Shown: piece by piece, positions 28,125-38,575 of the stretch
Layout of the letters: each line of letters starts with the position of its first letter
How positions within the stretch are numbered: position 1 is the stretch's first letter
Translations under genes and position numbers: made by a program
Source: Dehalococcoidia bacterium UBA1152
GTDB taxonomy: Bacteria; Chloroflexota; Dehalococcoidia; Lucifugimonadales; UBA2962
DNA: 64,000 nucleotides
NCBI GenBank assembly: GCA_002311285.1
Contig: DBZU01000074.1
Span: 71,222-135,221 of the forward strand
Reading direction: 5' to 3'
The notes under the pieces: model-generated
Database searches by the model: none
The model's input: only the letters and a program-made list of their open reading frames with translations
Told to the model about the DNA's origin: nothing

Positions 28125-29114
28125 ATGATGTTCAACTTTGATTTCTATTGGAAGAAATCTCGCGTAGAGTCTTTTATCATTTGCTTTGTCACTTATGTAC
28201 TATTAACGATGCTTACCATCGGCTGTGTTGATGGTGACAATGGTTCACTCGGCATTACGCAGATCACTGCAACAACTAATGACTCAGCAACCATGCCTAA
28301 AGCAGATTCTGCTTCTAAATATAAACCTGTAACAATCATTGACGGATTAGGAGGAGCAGTTATTTTTCAGTCTCCTCCAAAGCGCATTGTGGCGTATGAT
28401 TCAGCTGCTGTAGAAATATTATTTGCTATCGGTGAAGGCCAGAGGATTATCGGTACTCACGATTTCGTTGAATACCCGAAAGAAGCCGCAAACATCAAAA
28501 GATTAGGGGGTGCATTTGAGATAAATGTAGAGACTATTTTAAAACTTGAACCAGATCTGGTGTTTCTATTCTCGCCAACGTTTTTAGATGATTTATCCGG
28601 AGCGGGTGTGACTGTGCTGTATATTCCAAATAGAAATAGGGGATTAGAAGGCATGACTGAAGATTTCTTAATGTGGGGGGCAATCACTGGCAATTTAGAA
28701 GCAGCGCAATCGTTAGCCGATGATTTTACTTTAAGGATTGAGAAGATTAGAAACACACTTGACCAGATTGGAAAAGGTCCAAAAGTTTTTAGAGACGAAG
28801 GAGACTTATGGACACCTGGCCCGAATACCTTGATAGGTGAGGCGATGACTTTACTGAAGCTTGAAAACATTGCCTATGATATTAACGGATTTGAACAATT
28901 AAGTTCTGAGATTTTAATTAAACGAAATCCGGAAATAATTATAAAAACTGATTTTTCGAATATTGAAACTGACCCAGTTTTTCAAAGCTTATCGGCTATA
29001 CAGAACAATAAAGTCTTTTCGCTTCTGGGTAGCCAATTGAGCGTTGCTGGCCCCAGATTTATTCAAGGTATAGAAGAACTGGCGCAATTAATATACCCGG
29101 AACAATTTAATTAA
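28125..29114 (+). CDS. ABC transporter substrate-binding lipoprotein (BtuF/FhuD class, cobalamin or siderophore)
   Basis: 329 aa with a signal peptide and lipobox LTIGC. Its pattern fits the periplasmic binding protein family that pairs with FecCD permeases. It is the first gene after the B12 riboswitch. Confidence 0.82.
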   Translation: MMFNFDFYWKKSRVESFIICFVTYVLLTMLTIGCVDGDNGSLGITQITATTNDSATMPKADSASKYKPVTIIDGLGGAVIFQSPPKRIVAYDSAAVEILFAIGEGQRIIGTHDFVEYPKEAANIKRLGGAFEINVETILKLEPDLVFLFSPTFLDDLSGAGVTVLYIPNRNRGLEGMTEDFLMWGAITGNLEAAQSLADDFTLRIEKIRNTLDQIGKGPKVFRDEGDLWTPGPNTLIGEAMTLLKLENIAYDINGFEQLSSEILIKRNPEIIIKTDFSNIETDPVFQSLSAIQNNKVFSLLGSQLSVAGPRFIQGIEELAQLIYPEQFN

Positions 29115-29120
29115 AGTCTG

Positions 29121-30203
29121 ATGGTTTACGATACTTTTAAAAAGCTAATTTACGTAAATAAAAATGGAGTTAATCAATTCCAAATTTTTAAGCGGATTTT
29201 TCTCGGCTTATTGTCTGTGCTTATAGTCGGATTAGTCGCTTCCAGCTTAGGTGCAGTGAATATACCGATATCAGATACGTTAGCTATAGTTCTAAATAAG
29301 ATTTTCGGCGTATACATTAAAACCACTTGGCCTGAAGTGTCGGAGAACATCCTAATCAATCTTCGGTTTCCTCGGGTTATCCTTGCAGGAATAGTTGGGG
29401 CGGCCTTGTCAATAAGCGGAGCGGCTTATCAAGGATTATTTCGTAATCCGTTAGCAGACCCATATTTAATCGGTTCAGCCAGTGGAGCAGGCTTGGGGGC
29501 AGCAATTGTGTTTTTAACTGGATTGCCATTACTTGCATTTGGAGGTGGACTGTTGCCTATTGCAGCATTTGTGGGGTCTATAAGCGCCGTTACTTTGGCC
29601 TATCTGATCGGGAGACGTCAAGGGGTGTTAGGAGTGTCAACTTTAATCCTGGCAGGAGTTGCTGTTTCATCTCTGGCGGGCGCTATCACCAGTTTACTGA
29701 TGATCAAAAGTGACCCAAATCTTAGACCGTTAATGAGTTGGTTATTAGGAGGATTTTCTGGATCGCGCTGGATAGATGTATTTATTTTATTACCGTATAT
29801 TTTACCGCCTATGTTCATACTCATACTATATTCGAGAACCCTGAACATTTTGCAGTTAAGCGAGTTACATGCTCAAACATTAGGGGTAAATATTAACCGA
29901 ACAAAAACCATCGTGCTTTTAGCTGCATCTTTGGTCACAGCATCTGCCGTAGCTTTTAGCGGAGTTATAGGTTTTGTGGGGCTAGTTGGTCCGCACGTCG
30001 TCAGAATGATTTGGGGGCCTGATTATAGGCATCTTATTCCAATGTCAGCAATATTAGGCGCGGGATTTCTGATTATTGCGGATTTAGGGGCGCGTGTTAT
30101 AGCGATTCCAGGGGAATTACCTGTTGGTATAATAACAGCATTTTTTGGAGCCCCCTTTTTCATATACGTTTTAAGGACTAATAACAGACAACAAGGTATG
30201 TAG
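29121..30203 (+). CDS. FecCD/BtuC-family ABC permease
   Basis: 360 aa with about 10 TM spans and FecCD motifs (NPLADPYLIG, GVIGFVGLVGPH). Confidence 0.9.
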   Translation: MVYDTFKKLIYVNKNGVNQFQIFKRIFLGLLSVLIVGLVASSLGAVNIPISDTLAIVLNKIFGVYIKTTWPEVSENILINLRFPRVILAGIVGAALSISGAAYQGLFRNPLADPYLIGSASGAGLGAAIVFLTGLPLLAFGGGLLPIAAFVGSISAVTLAYLIGRRQGVLGVSTLILAGVAVSSLAGAITSLLMIKSDPNLRPLMSWLLGGFSGSRWIDVFILLPYILPPMFILILYSRTLNILQLSELHAQTLGVNINRTKTIVLLAASLVTASAVAFSGVIGFVGLVGPHVVRMIWGPDYRHLIPMSAILGAGFLIIADLGARVIAIPGELPVGIITAFFGAPFFIYVLRTNNRQQGM

Positions 30204-30205
30204 GT

Positions 30206-30979
30206 ATGCTTAAAATTCATGGGTTGGAATTTGCTTATGACCATCATAACGTGATAAGTGGATTAAATTTTGAAGCTCAGTCCGGTGAAGTTGTTGGTAT
30301 TGTTGGTCCGAATGGATCAGGTAAAACGACTCTATTTAGGTTAATTTTGGGATCTTACAAGCCATCCAAAGGCAGTATTTTAATTGACGGTAATGACATT
30401 GACCAAATGAATTCATCTCAAAGATCAAAATTACTTGCTGGAGTGCCGCAGAGTCCTGATTCTCCTCAAGGATTTACTGTTGGTGATTTGGTTATGATGG
30501 GACGTAATCCATACCTAAGCTTGCTTGACTGGGGTAAACCGAATGACTTTATCATCGCGAAGCAAGCCTTGAAAAAAACTGGTCTGAGCAAACATATTAA
30601 TCGCCCATTAAATCATTTATCAGGAGGTGAAAAACAATCAGCTTTTATTGCTATGGCTCTGGCACAGGAAACACAGATTTTGTTATTGGATGAACCAACG
30701 GCAAATTTGGATCTTCGTAACCAATCTATGTTGATGTCAATGGTTCACGGCCTAAGCCGAGAGAGCGATACTACAATTATAATGGCTATGCATGATTTAA
30801 CTTTGGCTGCCCAATGGTGTGATAAGTTGGTAATGTTATTAAATGGATCAGTTTATGCAGAGGGACCACCCAGAACCGTGTTAACTGCTGAGAATATTGA
30901 TTTGGTTTACGATACAAAAGTAGAAGTTCAATACAGTAACCCAGATAGCGTGCCGATTATATTCAACAAGTCTAAATGA
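30206..30979 (+). CDS. ABC transporter ATP-binding protein (BtuD/FepC-like)
   Basis: Walker A GPNGSGKTT, signature LSGGEKQ, Walker B LLLDEP and an H-loop (AMHD). Confidence 0.9.
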   Translation: MLKIHGLEFAYDHHNVISGLNFEAQSGEVVGIVGPNGSGKTTLFRLILGSYKPSKGSILIDGNDIDQMNSSQRSKLLAGVPQSPDSPQGFTVGDLVMMGRNPYLSLLDWGKPNDFIIAKQALKKTGLSKHINRPLNHLSGGEKQSAFIAMALAQETQILLLDEPTANLDLRNQSMLMSMVHGLSRESDTTIIMAMHDLTLAAQWCDKLVMLLNGSVYAEGPPRTVLTAENIDLVYDTKVEVQYSNPDSVPIIFNKSK

Positions 30980-31070
30980 TTTGGCGGTTTATACTTGCCC
31001 TTTAATTACCTTAATTATACTATTGGCAAACCTTTGAAATAGTACACAAAATTTAGTGAAGAGGAGCGAG

Positions 31071-31742
31071 ATGAGTCAGGATTTTCTTAATAGAATCCAG
31101 CAACGTATAGAAAGCCGGTCGCTTTTAAATCACCCTTTTTATAAAGCATGGCAGGCTGGTGAATTAACTTGCCAGGAGTTAAAAGTTTATGCATCTCAAT
31201 ACTATCATTTTGAGGCTGCATTCCCGGTTCTATTAAGTTCAGTTCATTCGCGATGCGATGAACGCGATGTTAGGCAATCAATTCTTGAGAATCTTTGGGA
31301 TGAAGAGCATGGAGATATTAACCATAGAGCTATGTGGTTAGATTTTTGTGAATCGTTGGGTCTGCACCGTGAGGAGCCAGAACTGACAAAACGCTTAGCT
31401 GAAACCCAAGATCTGCTTGATATATATCACAGGATTTGTGACAAAGGTACTTTCCAGCAAGGACTGGCAGCCTTATACGCTTACGAAGAGCAAGTACCAG
31501 AGATAATGCTGGAAAAGATTCGTGGTTTAAAAGAGTATTTTGATATTACTTCCGATAAAGCATTAAGGTTTTTTGAAGTGCACAGCGTTTTGGATGAAGA
31601 CCACTCAGAAAAAGAACGTCAAAGCATATTGGATCATACCAACCAAGAGGATGAACAATCAGTAGAGGCTTCATTGCAAGAAGCACTCGACGGTTGGTGG
31701 GGATTTCTTGATGGAATTATGGGCCACTGTAAAGCAGCTTAA
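31071..31742 (+). CDS. Heme-oxygenase-like di-metal oxidase of the CADD/CT610 (PqqC/TenA-like) type, putative pABA synthase
   Basis: Motifs HPFYKAWQAGEL, SSVHSRCDE, NLWDEEHGDINH, YAYEEQVPEIMLEKIRGL and FEVHSVLDEDH line up with my recollection of Chlamydia CT610. The ATG at 31071 is preceded by GAGGAG; the track's GTG at 31056 is probably too far upstream. Confidence 0.65.
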   Translation: MSQDFLNRIQQRIESRSLLNHPFYKAWQAGELTCQELKVYASQYYHFEAAFPVLLSSVHSRCDERDVRQSILENLWDEEHGDINHRAMWLDFCESLGLHREEPELTKRLAETQDLLDIYHRICDKGTFQQGLAALYAYEEQVPEIMLEKIRGLKEYFDITSDKALRFFEVHSVLDEDHSEKERQSILDHTNQEDEQSVEASLQEALDGWWGFLDGIMGHCKAA

Positions 31743-31893
31743 TATTTATATGGATTCCCTGCTTTAAACGCTGAAAGATTCAATCCAGAACTTGTATTGG
31801 TAATCGTCGTCGGTTACAGTACCTTCAAAATAAATTTAATCTATATCAATTCAAGTTGCATCCTCAATAGGATTAATAAATGGAGGCATAATA

Positions 31894-34245
31894 ATGGCTA
31901 CTTCTGTATTAGGATCTAGTATTAAACGACGTGAAGATCCTCGACTAATAACTGGCACTGGAACTTATGTTGATGATATAAAGCTCAATGGAATGTTGTA
32001 TGTACATCTGGTACGTAGCCCATTTGCGCACGCTAAGATCGTTAGTATTGATACCTCGACCGCGAAAGCTGTACCGGGAGTAACTATGGTTTGGACTGGG
32101 GCGGAATTAAAGGATGAACTAGGTAGTGTGCCTTGCGGTTGGGTAGTTCCTGACACCAAAGAGGTTCCTCATCCTCCAATTGCTTTTGATTTAGTTAAAA
32201 CGGTTGGCGATCCTGTTGCTGCGGTGATAGCAGAGACTCCTCAAATTGCGGCTGATGCCGCGACACTAGTGGACGTTGAGTATGATGTGTTAAAAGCAGT
32301 TGTTGACATGGAATATGCTGTGTCTGGAGATGCGCCGCAGATTCATACTGATGCACCTAATAATGTTGCCTTTGAATGGGAAGTTGGCGGCGGTGATCCT
32401 GATGCAGCTGAAAAATCTGCTGAAGTAGTAGTCGAACATAGAATTAAAAACCAACGATTAATACCCAATTCTATGGAAACTAGAGGCGTTGTGGCCGATT
32501 TTCATAAAGGAACTAATAAAGTAACTTTATGGACCTCAACACAGATACCACACTTAGTACGTTTATTACTGGCTTTAGTTACTGGGCATCCAGAGCATCA
32601 GATTCGGGTAATTGCCCCGGAGGTGGGAGGTGGTTTTGGTTGTAAATTGTATCTATATTCAGAGGAAGTGATAGCTTTTATATTAGCAAAAAAGCTTAGT
32701 AGGCCGGTTAAATGGATTGAGAGTCGCTCCGAAGGTTACTTAGCTACAACGCATGGAAGAGATCATCTAGGAGATTGGAAAATTTCAGGTACTAAACAAG
32801 GCGAGATAACTGCTATTACTGGTCATGTTTATGCAAATATGGGAGCTTATCTTTCAACGTTTGCTCCGGCTATACCGACTTACTTATTTGGTTTAATGCT
32901 TAACGGACCATACAAAATGCCAAATATTAAATGTGCTGTGACTGGAGTCTTTACCAATACTACCCCGGTAGATGCATATAGAGGGGCAGGACGTCCGGAG
33001 GCAACATATGTACTTGAAAGATTAATCGATATTTTTGCCGCTGAGATTGAGATGGATCCAGTAGAATTAAGGAAAAAAAATTTCATACCGCCGTTTGAAG
33101 ATGGTTTTGAAGTTACCACAGGGGTAAGTTATGACTCCGGTAATTATATTGATGCGCTTAATATAGCTCTAAAGAAAATAGATTATGACAAATTTCGAAA
33201 GGACCAGGTTGTAGCACGAAAAAAGGGCAAGTATATCGGCCTGGGTGTATCTACATATGTTGAGATATGCGGTATGGCTCCTTCTGCAGTCGCTTATTCA
33301 TTAGGTTGCAGGGCTGGAACTTGGGAAAGCTCTTTAGTTCGAGTACATCCAACAGGGAAAATCAGTGTTTTTACTGGAGCTGCATCTACTGGACAAGGTC
33401 ATGAGACCACTTTTGCACAACTTGTATCAGCTGACTTGGGAGTTCCTATGGAAGACATTGAAGTAGTACATGGAGATACGGATCGAGTACAAATGGGTGC
33501 AGGCACATTTGGTTCACGTAGTGCTGTTGTAGGTGGTACGGCTTTAAGAATGAGCACCGATAAAATAAAGGACAAGGCAAGAAAGATAGCAGCACACTTA
33601 TTGGAGGCTGCTGCGGATGACGTAGTTTATGAAAACGGCAAGTTATTTGTCAAAGGTGCTCCGAGTGAGGCAAAAGAATTCAGTGAAATTGCTTTGGCCG
33701 CATATTGGTACGGCTCCACACCGGAAGGAGAAGAGCCTGGGCTAGAAGCATATTCAATATATGACCCTGAAAACTTTACTTTTCCTTTTGGCACTCATAT
33801 TGCAACCGTGGAAGTTGATTCTGATACAGGCGAAGTAAAATTACTTAGATATGTATGCGTTGATGATGTCGGGCATGTAATTAATCCGATGATTGTTGAC
33901 GGTATGGTGCATGGCGGAGTCGCCCAGGGAGTTGGGCAGGCACTAATGGAAGAAGGTATTTACGATGAAGAAGGACAGCTTTTAACGGGAAGCATGCTTG
34001 ATTATTGTTTACCAACTGCCGAAGACCTGCCTTTTTTTGAAACAGATCGCACAGAAACTCCATCTCCCACAAACCCATTGGGCGTTAAAGGGGCTGGTGA
34101 AGCCGCTACTATTGCGTCATCTCCAGCATTAGTAAATGCCGTTGTGGATGCTTTGTCACCTTTTGGGGTTCGGCATATAGATATGCCAACTAGACCTGAG
34201 AAAATATGGCGAATTATCACGCAATCTGAAAAAAAAACTAACTAA
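31894..34245 (+). CDS. Molybdopterin-binding large subunit of the xanthine dehydrogenase family, form-II CoxL-like
   Basis: 783 aa. The active-site loop reads AYRGAGR (32974..32994), which is the form-II motif rather than the form-I AYxCSFR of bona fide CO dehydrogenases. GGGFG and the C-terminal GVKGAGE motif are present. Confidence 0.85.
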   Translation: MATSVLGSSIKRREDPRLITGTGTYVDDIKLNGMLYVHLVRSPFAHAKIVSIDTSTAKAVPGVTMVWTGAELKDELGSVPCGWVVPDTKEVPHPPIAFDLVKTVGDPVAAVIAETPQIAADAATLVDVEYDVLKAVVDMEYAVSGDAPQIHTDAPNNVAFEWEVGGGDPDAAEKSAEVVVEHRIKNQRLIPNSMETRGVVADFHKGTNKVTLWTSTQIPHLVRLLLALVTGHPEHQIRVIAPEVGGGFGCKLYLYSEEVIAFILAKKLSRPVKWIESRSEGYLATTHGRDHLGDWKISGTKQGEITAITGHVYANMGAYLSTFAPAIPTYLFGLMLNGPYKMPNIKCAVTGVFTNTTPVDAYRGAGRPEATYVLERLIDIFAAEIEMDPVELRKKNFIPPFEDGFEVTTGVSYDSGNYIDALNIALKKIDYDKFRKDQVVARKKGKYIGLGVSTYVEICGMAPSAVAYSLGCRAGTWESSLVRVHPTGKISVFTGAASTGQGHETTFAQLVSADLGVPMEDIEVVHGDTDRVQMGAGTFGSRSAVVGGTALRMSTDKIKDKARKIAAHLLEAAADDVVYENGKLFVKGAPSEAKEFSEIALAAYWYGSTPEGEEPGLEAYSIYDPENFTFPFGTHIATVEVDSDTGEVKLLRYVCVDDVGHVINPMIVDGMVHGGVAQGVGQALMEEGIYDEEGQLLTGSMLDYCLPTAEDLPFFETDRTETPSPTNPLGVKGAGEAATIASSPALVNAVVDALSPFGVRHIDMPTRPEKIWRIITQSEKKTN

Positions 34246-34314
34246 ACAGAATTAATGTTAGTTAGTTTAAATTGCTAGCATTTATAAAACCAGCAAAATT
34301 ATCTACTTGATGCA

Positions 34315-35205
34315 ATGATAGATCTCAGTAAAGACGACTCCATACAGGCAATAATTGATTTTCTTGAATCTGAAAATTATATTGCAGACAGATCAATCGC
34401 AACTTCTGTCTTTTTATCACAACGATTGAATCGTCCTTTATTGATTGAAGGCAGATCGGGAGTGGGAAAAACAGAAATAGGAACCCTTCTCGCAAAACTT
34501 TTTAATACTGACTTAATACGGCTTCAATGTTACGAGGGCTTGGACACAAACACCGCTGTTTATGAATGGAATTACGCAAAGCAACTGCTTTACATTAAAT
34601 TAGAAGAATCTGATGGCAAATCTATTTCTGAGCGTAAAACAAATGTTTTTAATAGGGATTTCTTAATGGAGAGGCCCCTGTTGTCTTCGATCACTAATCA
34701 AAGTAAATCTCCTATATTGCTTATAGATGAGGTTGATAGAGCGGATGAAGAATTTGAAGCGTTCCTGTTGGAATTGTTGTCAGAGTTTCAGGTGACAATA
34801 CCAGAAATTGGAACTATTAAAGCAAAATATCCTCCAATTGTGATACTGACATCTAATCGTACCCGAGAACTTTCCGACGCTTTAAGACGACGTTGTTTAT
34901 ATTTATGGATTGACTATCCATCTTTTGATAAAGAACTAAAAATAATCAGAACTAAGTTGCCTGACATTGACGAATCGCTCTCCGATCAGATCGTTAGATT
35001 TGTTGAGAAAGTCCGCACTCTGGACCTTAATAAAACTCCTGGCATATCAGAGACACTAGACTGGGTACATGCAATTATGGTTATGAAATTTAACTCACTA
35101 GATGATCAAACCATAGAACATACTCTGAATGCGTTAATAAAAAATGTAGACGATCTAAAGCAAATAAAAGAATCAGGCTTCGATGAAATTTTTTCTAATA
35201 CGTGA
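34315..35205 (+). CDS. MoxR-type AAA+ ATPase (CoxD-like)
   Basis: 296 aa with Walker A GRSGVGKT and Walker B LLIDEVDRA, and MoxR-like length and order. Confidence 0.85.
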   Translation: MIDLSKDDSIQAIIDFLESENYIADRSIATSVFLSQRLNRPLLIEGRSGVGKTEIGTLLAKLFNTDLIRLQCYEGLDTNTAVYEWNYAKQLLYIKLEESDGKSISERKTNVFNRDFLMERPLLSSITNQSKSPILLIDEVDRADEEFEAFLLELLSEFQVTIPEIGTIKAKYPPIVILTSNRTRELSDALRRRCLYLWIDYPSFDKELKIIRTKLPDIDESLSDQIVRFVEKVRTLDLNKTPGISETLDWVHAIMVMKFNSLDDQTIEHTLNALIKNVDDLKQIKESGFDEIFSNT

Positions 35206-35247
35206 ATTTATTTGTATTAATAAACTTCGATTAAAGGGGGTTTTTGT

Positions 35248-36918
35248 ATGCCAAAAATGACGGGAAAGAAAGCATTACTTGAAATGCTTACAGCAGAAGG
35301 GGTCGAGTATATATTTGGAAATCCTGGGACGTCTGAAACTGCTATTATGCATGCATTAGAAGATTACCCGAATTTGCAATATATTTTGGCTACACAGGAG
35401 GGCGTTGCAATGGGGGCGGCAGATGCATATGCTCGGGCTACCGGTAAACCGGCATTCATTAATTTACACATTGAGACCGGCTTGGCTAATGGTATTAGCT
35501 TGTTACATAATGCTGCTGCAGGTGGAACTCCATTAGTTCTTACGGCTGGCAATAAAGATATGCGGAAACTAATTGAAGGACGCACGCCATTGGCTGAGAT
35601 GGTTAAATTGTTTACTAAGTGGAGTGTTGAACTAACTCATCCTGAACAAATTCCAGGGGCGGTAAGAAAAGCTTTTGATGAAGCTAGGACCCCACCAACA
35701 GGACCAACATTTATTGCCTTTTCAGCAAATTCGCTTGATGGTGAAGCAGAGATGGAAATAGTTCCTAATAATGAAGGATACTTTAGAACATCTCCTGACA
35801 AAAATTCTATTGCTACAGCATCAAAAATTTTATTATCAAGCAAAAATCCAATAATGCTTGTTGGTGATCGAGTGGCCCAATCAAAAGCAAGCGAAGAAGC
35901 TGTTAAATTGGCTGAGTATATTGGTGCTCCAGTGTATGCCGCATATTATTCGGAGATGAACTTCCCGTCTAAACATCCATTATTTAAAGGTTTTATGAAA
36001 TGGGGATTTCCTGAAACTAAAGAATTACTAACAAATTTTGACGCCGTTTTGGCAGTGGGAAATGTTTTTTCCGGATATTTTTTCTTTGCTGATGAAGGAT
36101 CAAACACATTATCTAACAATACCAGGCTGATACATATTGATGCTTCCGCCAGCGTAATAGGTAATAGTGAACCAACGGACGTTGGTATAATTTGTGATCC
36201 TAAAACAGGGATGTCAGAGTTGCATCAATCGTTGAAGGACATGTCATCTGGATCTTATCAAGAAGAAGTGAAAGGTCGTAAAGAAAAGGTATCGTCACAG
36301 ATTCAGTCAGACAGAGAATTAGCTAAAGCTGATTCTCGGAAACACTGGAATCACTTGCCAATGTCTGCTGCAAGAATGATGCATGAGATAGCTACTTCGA
36401 TACCAGAAAATACAGTTATAGTTGATGATTCAGTTACAACTCGAACTGCTGTTTTTGAATCTATCGAGTTTAATAAGCCTGGCCAAATATTTGGGGAAAG
36501 AGGCGGTGCTATAGGTTGGGGTTTAGGTGCAGGTATAGGTACTAAGCTCGCTAATCCCGACAGACCAGTTATAGCTATAGTTGGAGATGGTTCGGCTATG
36601 ATGACGGTACAGGCATTTTATACGGCTGCAATTAAAGATATTCCAATCGTATATGTTATTTGCAATAACCAGAGCTACCGAGTTCTAAAGGTGAACATGG
36701 ACATTTATAAAGACCTTGTTTTAGGAGAAACTGAAAATCAAAGCAAATACTTGGCGATGGATTTTCCACAAGCCTTAAATATGGCTGCATTAGCCGAAGC
36801 TATGGGGGTTAAGGGTGTTCATATAGACAAGCCAGATGATATTGGACCCGCCTTAACTCAAGCAATCCAATCTAATAGGCCTACAGTTCTTGATATATCT
36901 ATTGATGGGTCGCTTTAG
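35248..36918 (+). CDS. Thiamine-diphosphate enzyme, benzoylformate decarboxylase/acetolactate synthase family
   Basis: 556 aa. The N-terminal PYR domain (FGNPGTSE, KPAFINLH) resembles benzoylformate decarboxylase. C-terminal TPP motif GDGSAMM...NN. Confidence 0.8.
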   Translation: MPKMTGKKALLEMLTAEGVEYIFGNPGTSETAIMHALEDYPNLQYILATQEGVAMGAADAYARATGKPAFINLHIETGLANGISLLHNAAAGGTPLVLTAGNKDMRKLIEGRTPLAEMVKLFTKWSVELTHPEQIPGAVRKAFDEARTPPTGPTFIAFSANSLDGEAEMEIVPNNEGYFRTSPDKNSIATASKILLSSKNPIMLVGDRVAQSKASEEAVKLAEYIGAPVYAAYYSEMNFPSKHPLFKGFMKWGFPETKELLTNFDAVLAVGNVFSGYFFFADEGSNTLSNNTRLIHIDASASVIGNSEPTDVGIICDPKTGMSELHQSLKDMSSGSYQEEVKGRKEKVSSQIQSDRELAKADSRKHWNHLPMSAARMMHEIATSIPENTVIVDDSVTTRTAVFESIEFNKPGQIFGERGGAIGWGLGAGIGTKLANPDRPVIAIVGDGSAMMTVQAFYTAAIKDIPIVYVICNNQSYRVLKVNMDIYKDLVLGETENQSKYLAMDFPQALNMAALAEAMGVKGVHIDKPDDIGPALTQAIQSNRPTVLDISIDGSL

Positions 36919-36930
36919 AAAATAGCTTTT

Positions 36931-37548
36931 ATGATTAAAGGTTCTTTTGATAATACGTCTGATCGTGTAGATGTAAAACGTTGTGATGACTACTTTGTTA
37001 ATCAATTGCAGCTGGAATATCATGATAAATATTGGGGTACACCTTGTAAAAATGAACGAAGGTTATTCGAATTCCTTTCTCTAAGTGGAATGCAGGCTGG
37101 GTTAAATTGGTGGATGATTTGGAAACGTCGAGAAGCTTTCCGGCTGGCCTTTGATGATTTTGATCCCAGCATAGTGGCTGATTACAAGCAGGATAAAATC
37201 CTGGAGTTAACTCAAAATCATTTAATAATCCGTAACAAGAATAAGATTAAGTCGATAGTTAATAATGCACAAAAAATACTGACTCTGCCTAATAAATATG
37301 GAGGATTTAGTGGATATTTGTGGTCTTTCGTTCGAGATGTACCTAAGGTGAATTTCTGGCATCAGAAAGATGTGATTCCAGCAATACTTTATCCTGCAGA
37401 AGAGATTTCGAAAGATATGTTGGATAGAGGTTTTAAATTCTGTGGTCCAACAATAATTTATGCTTATATACAATCGGTGGGTTTAGTAAATGACCATCGA
37501 ATAGGTTGTTTTAAACATGGAAAACTAGAGTTCGACTGGAATCGGTGA
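36931..37548 (+). CDS. tag: DNA-3-methyladenine glycosylase I
   Basis: 205 aa with the YHDKYWGTP motif and a Tag-like HhH region. Confidence 0.85.
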   Translation: MIKGSFDNTSDRVDVKRCDDYFVNQLQLEYHDKYWGTPCKNERRLFEFLSLSGMQAGLNWWMIWKRREAFRLAFDDFDPSIVADYKQDKILELTQNHLIIRNKNKIKSIVNNAQKILTLPNKYGGFSGYLWSFVRDVPKVNFWHQKDVIPAILYPAEEISKDMLDRGFKFCGPTIIYAYIQSVGLVNDHRIGCFKHGKLEFDWNR

Positions 37549-37569
37549 ACTATCGATACTATTTCTGGT

Positions 37570-38499
37570 TTATTTTAGAATGGAATTAATTAAATCAGGA
37601 TATCCAGATATAAATTCGTTACCTGAAACTGGATCTCTGCCTTCTAACTGAAGTTTGCATAAAACTAAAGACCCTCTTGCGGTATGAACAACTAGCTTGC
37701 CATCGTTTTTAGCCACTTTGCCGGGGGTTTTACTTACTTTATTATCCTTGTGTAATTTAAGTTGATGTATTTTGAGTATTTTGCCGTTCCAAGTCGTGTA
37801 TATACCTGGCCAAGGCCGGTAAGCCCTTTCCATTCTAATTATGTGTTCAGCTGTAGAATTCCATTTAATTAAGCCATCTTTCTTTGTAAGAAGTTTCGTT
37901 ATGGTGAACGATGATTCACTTTGCGTTTTTGTAACAATACTGTTACTAAGTAAATTCGGTAAATTTTTGATTAATATTTCAGCACCGATTTTAAACAGCC
38001 TCTCTGTGCATTCAAGTGCAGATTCATCTGTCCCTATAACGGCAGCCTGCTGACTGATTATGGGGCCTGTATCTAAACCTTCATCCAATTGCATTAATGT
38101 TACGCCCGTTGTCGTTTCACCACTTAAAATTGCGGTAGTTACGGGTGATGCCCCTCGATATTTTGGGAGTAGTGAAGGATGTATATTCCAGCATCCATAC
38201 CTTGGTATTTCAAGCAAGCCTTTCGGTATAAGTTTGCCGTAAGCAGCTACTACAATAAGTTCCGGCTGCAGTTTCGACAGCTCGTTTTGAATTTTCGGAT
38301 CCTTTAATGAAATAGGTTGCTTAACTAGAAATCCTAGGTCGTTTGCATATAGCTTAACCGCAGGAGCACTGATTTTGTTTCCGCGCCCGGAAGGTTTATC
38401 TGGTTGTGTATATATACCCGCTATATCGTTTTGGTCATCAATTAAACTTTGTAATACTGGTAAAGCAAATTTTGGCGAACCCATAAACACTATACGCAT
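37570..38499 (-). CDS. fmt: Methionyl-tRNA formyltransferase
   Basis: MRIVFMGSP N-terminus and the HPSLLPKYRG motif. The ATG at 38499 has GGTGA 6 nt upstream; the track's TTG at 38520 adds 7 non-conserved residues. Confidence 0.9.
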   Translation of the reverse strand: MRIVFMGSPKFALPVLQSLIDDQNDIAGIYTQPDKPSGRGNKISAPAVKLYANDLGFLVKQPISLKDPKIQNELSKLQPELIVVAAYGKLIPKGLLEIPRYGCWNIHPSLLPKYRGASPVTTAILSGETTTGVTLMQLDEGLDTGPIISQQAAVIGTDESALECTERLFKIGAEILIKNLPNLLSNSIVTKTQSESSFTITKLLTKKDGLIKWNSTAEHIIRMERAYRPWPGIYTTWNGKILKIHQLKLHKDNKVSKTPGKVAKNDGKLVVHTARGSLVLCKLQLEGRDPVSGNEFISGYPDLINSILK

Positions 38500-38575
38500 A
38501 CTTCTCACCGTAACGGTCAATTTCTAACTATATGTTAACTACTTTAGTTAAGAATGACATCATTTGAGTTAAAGT

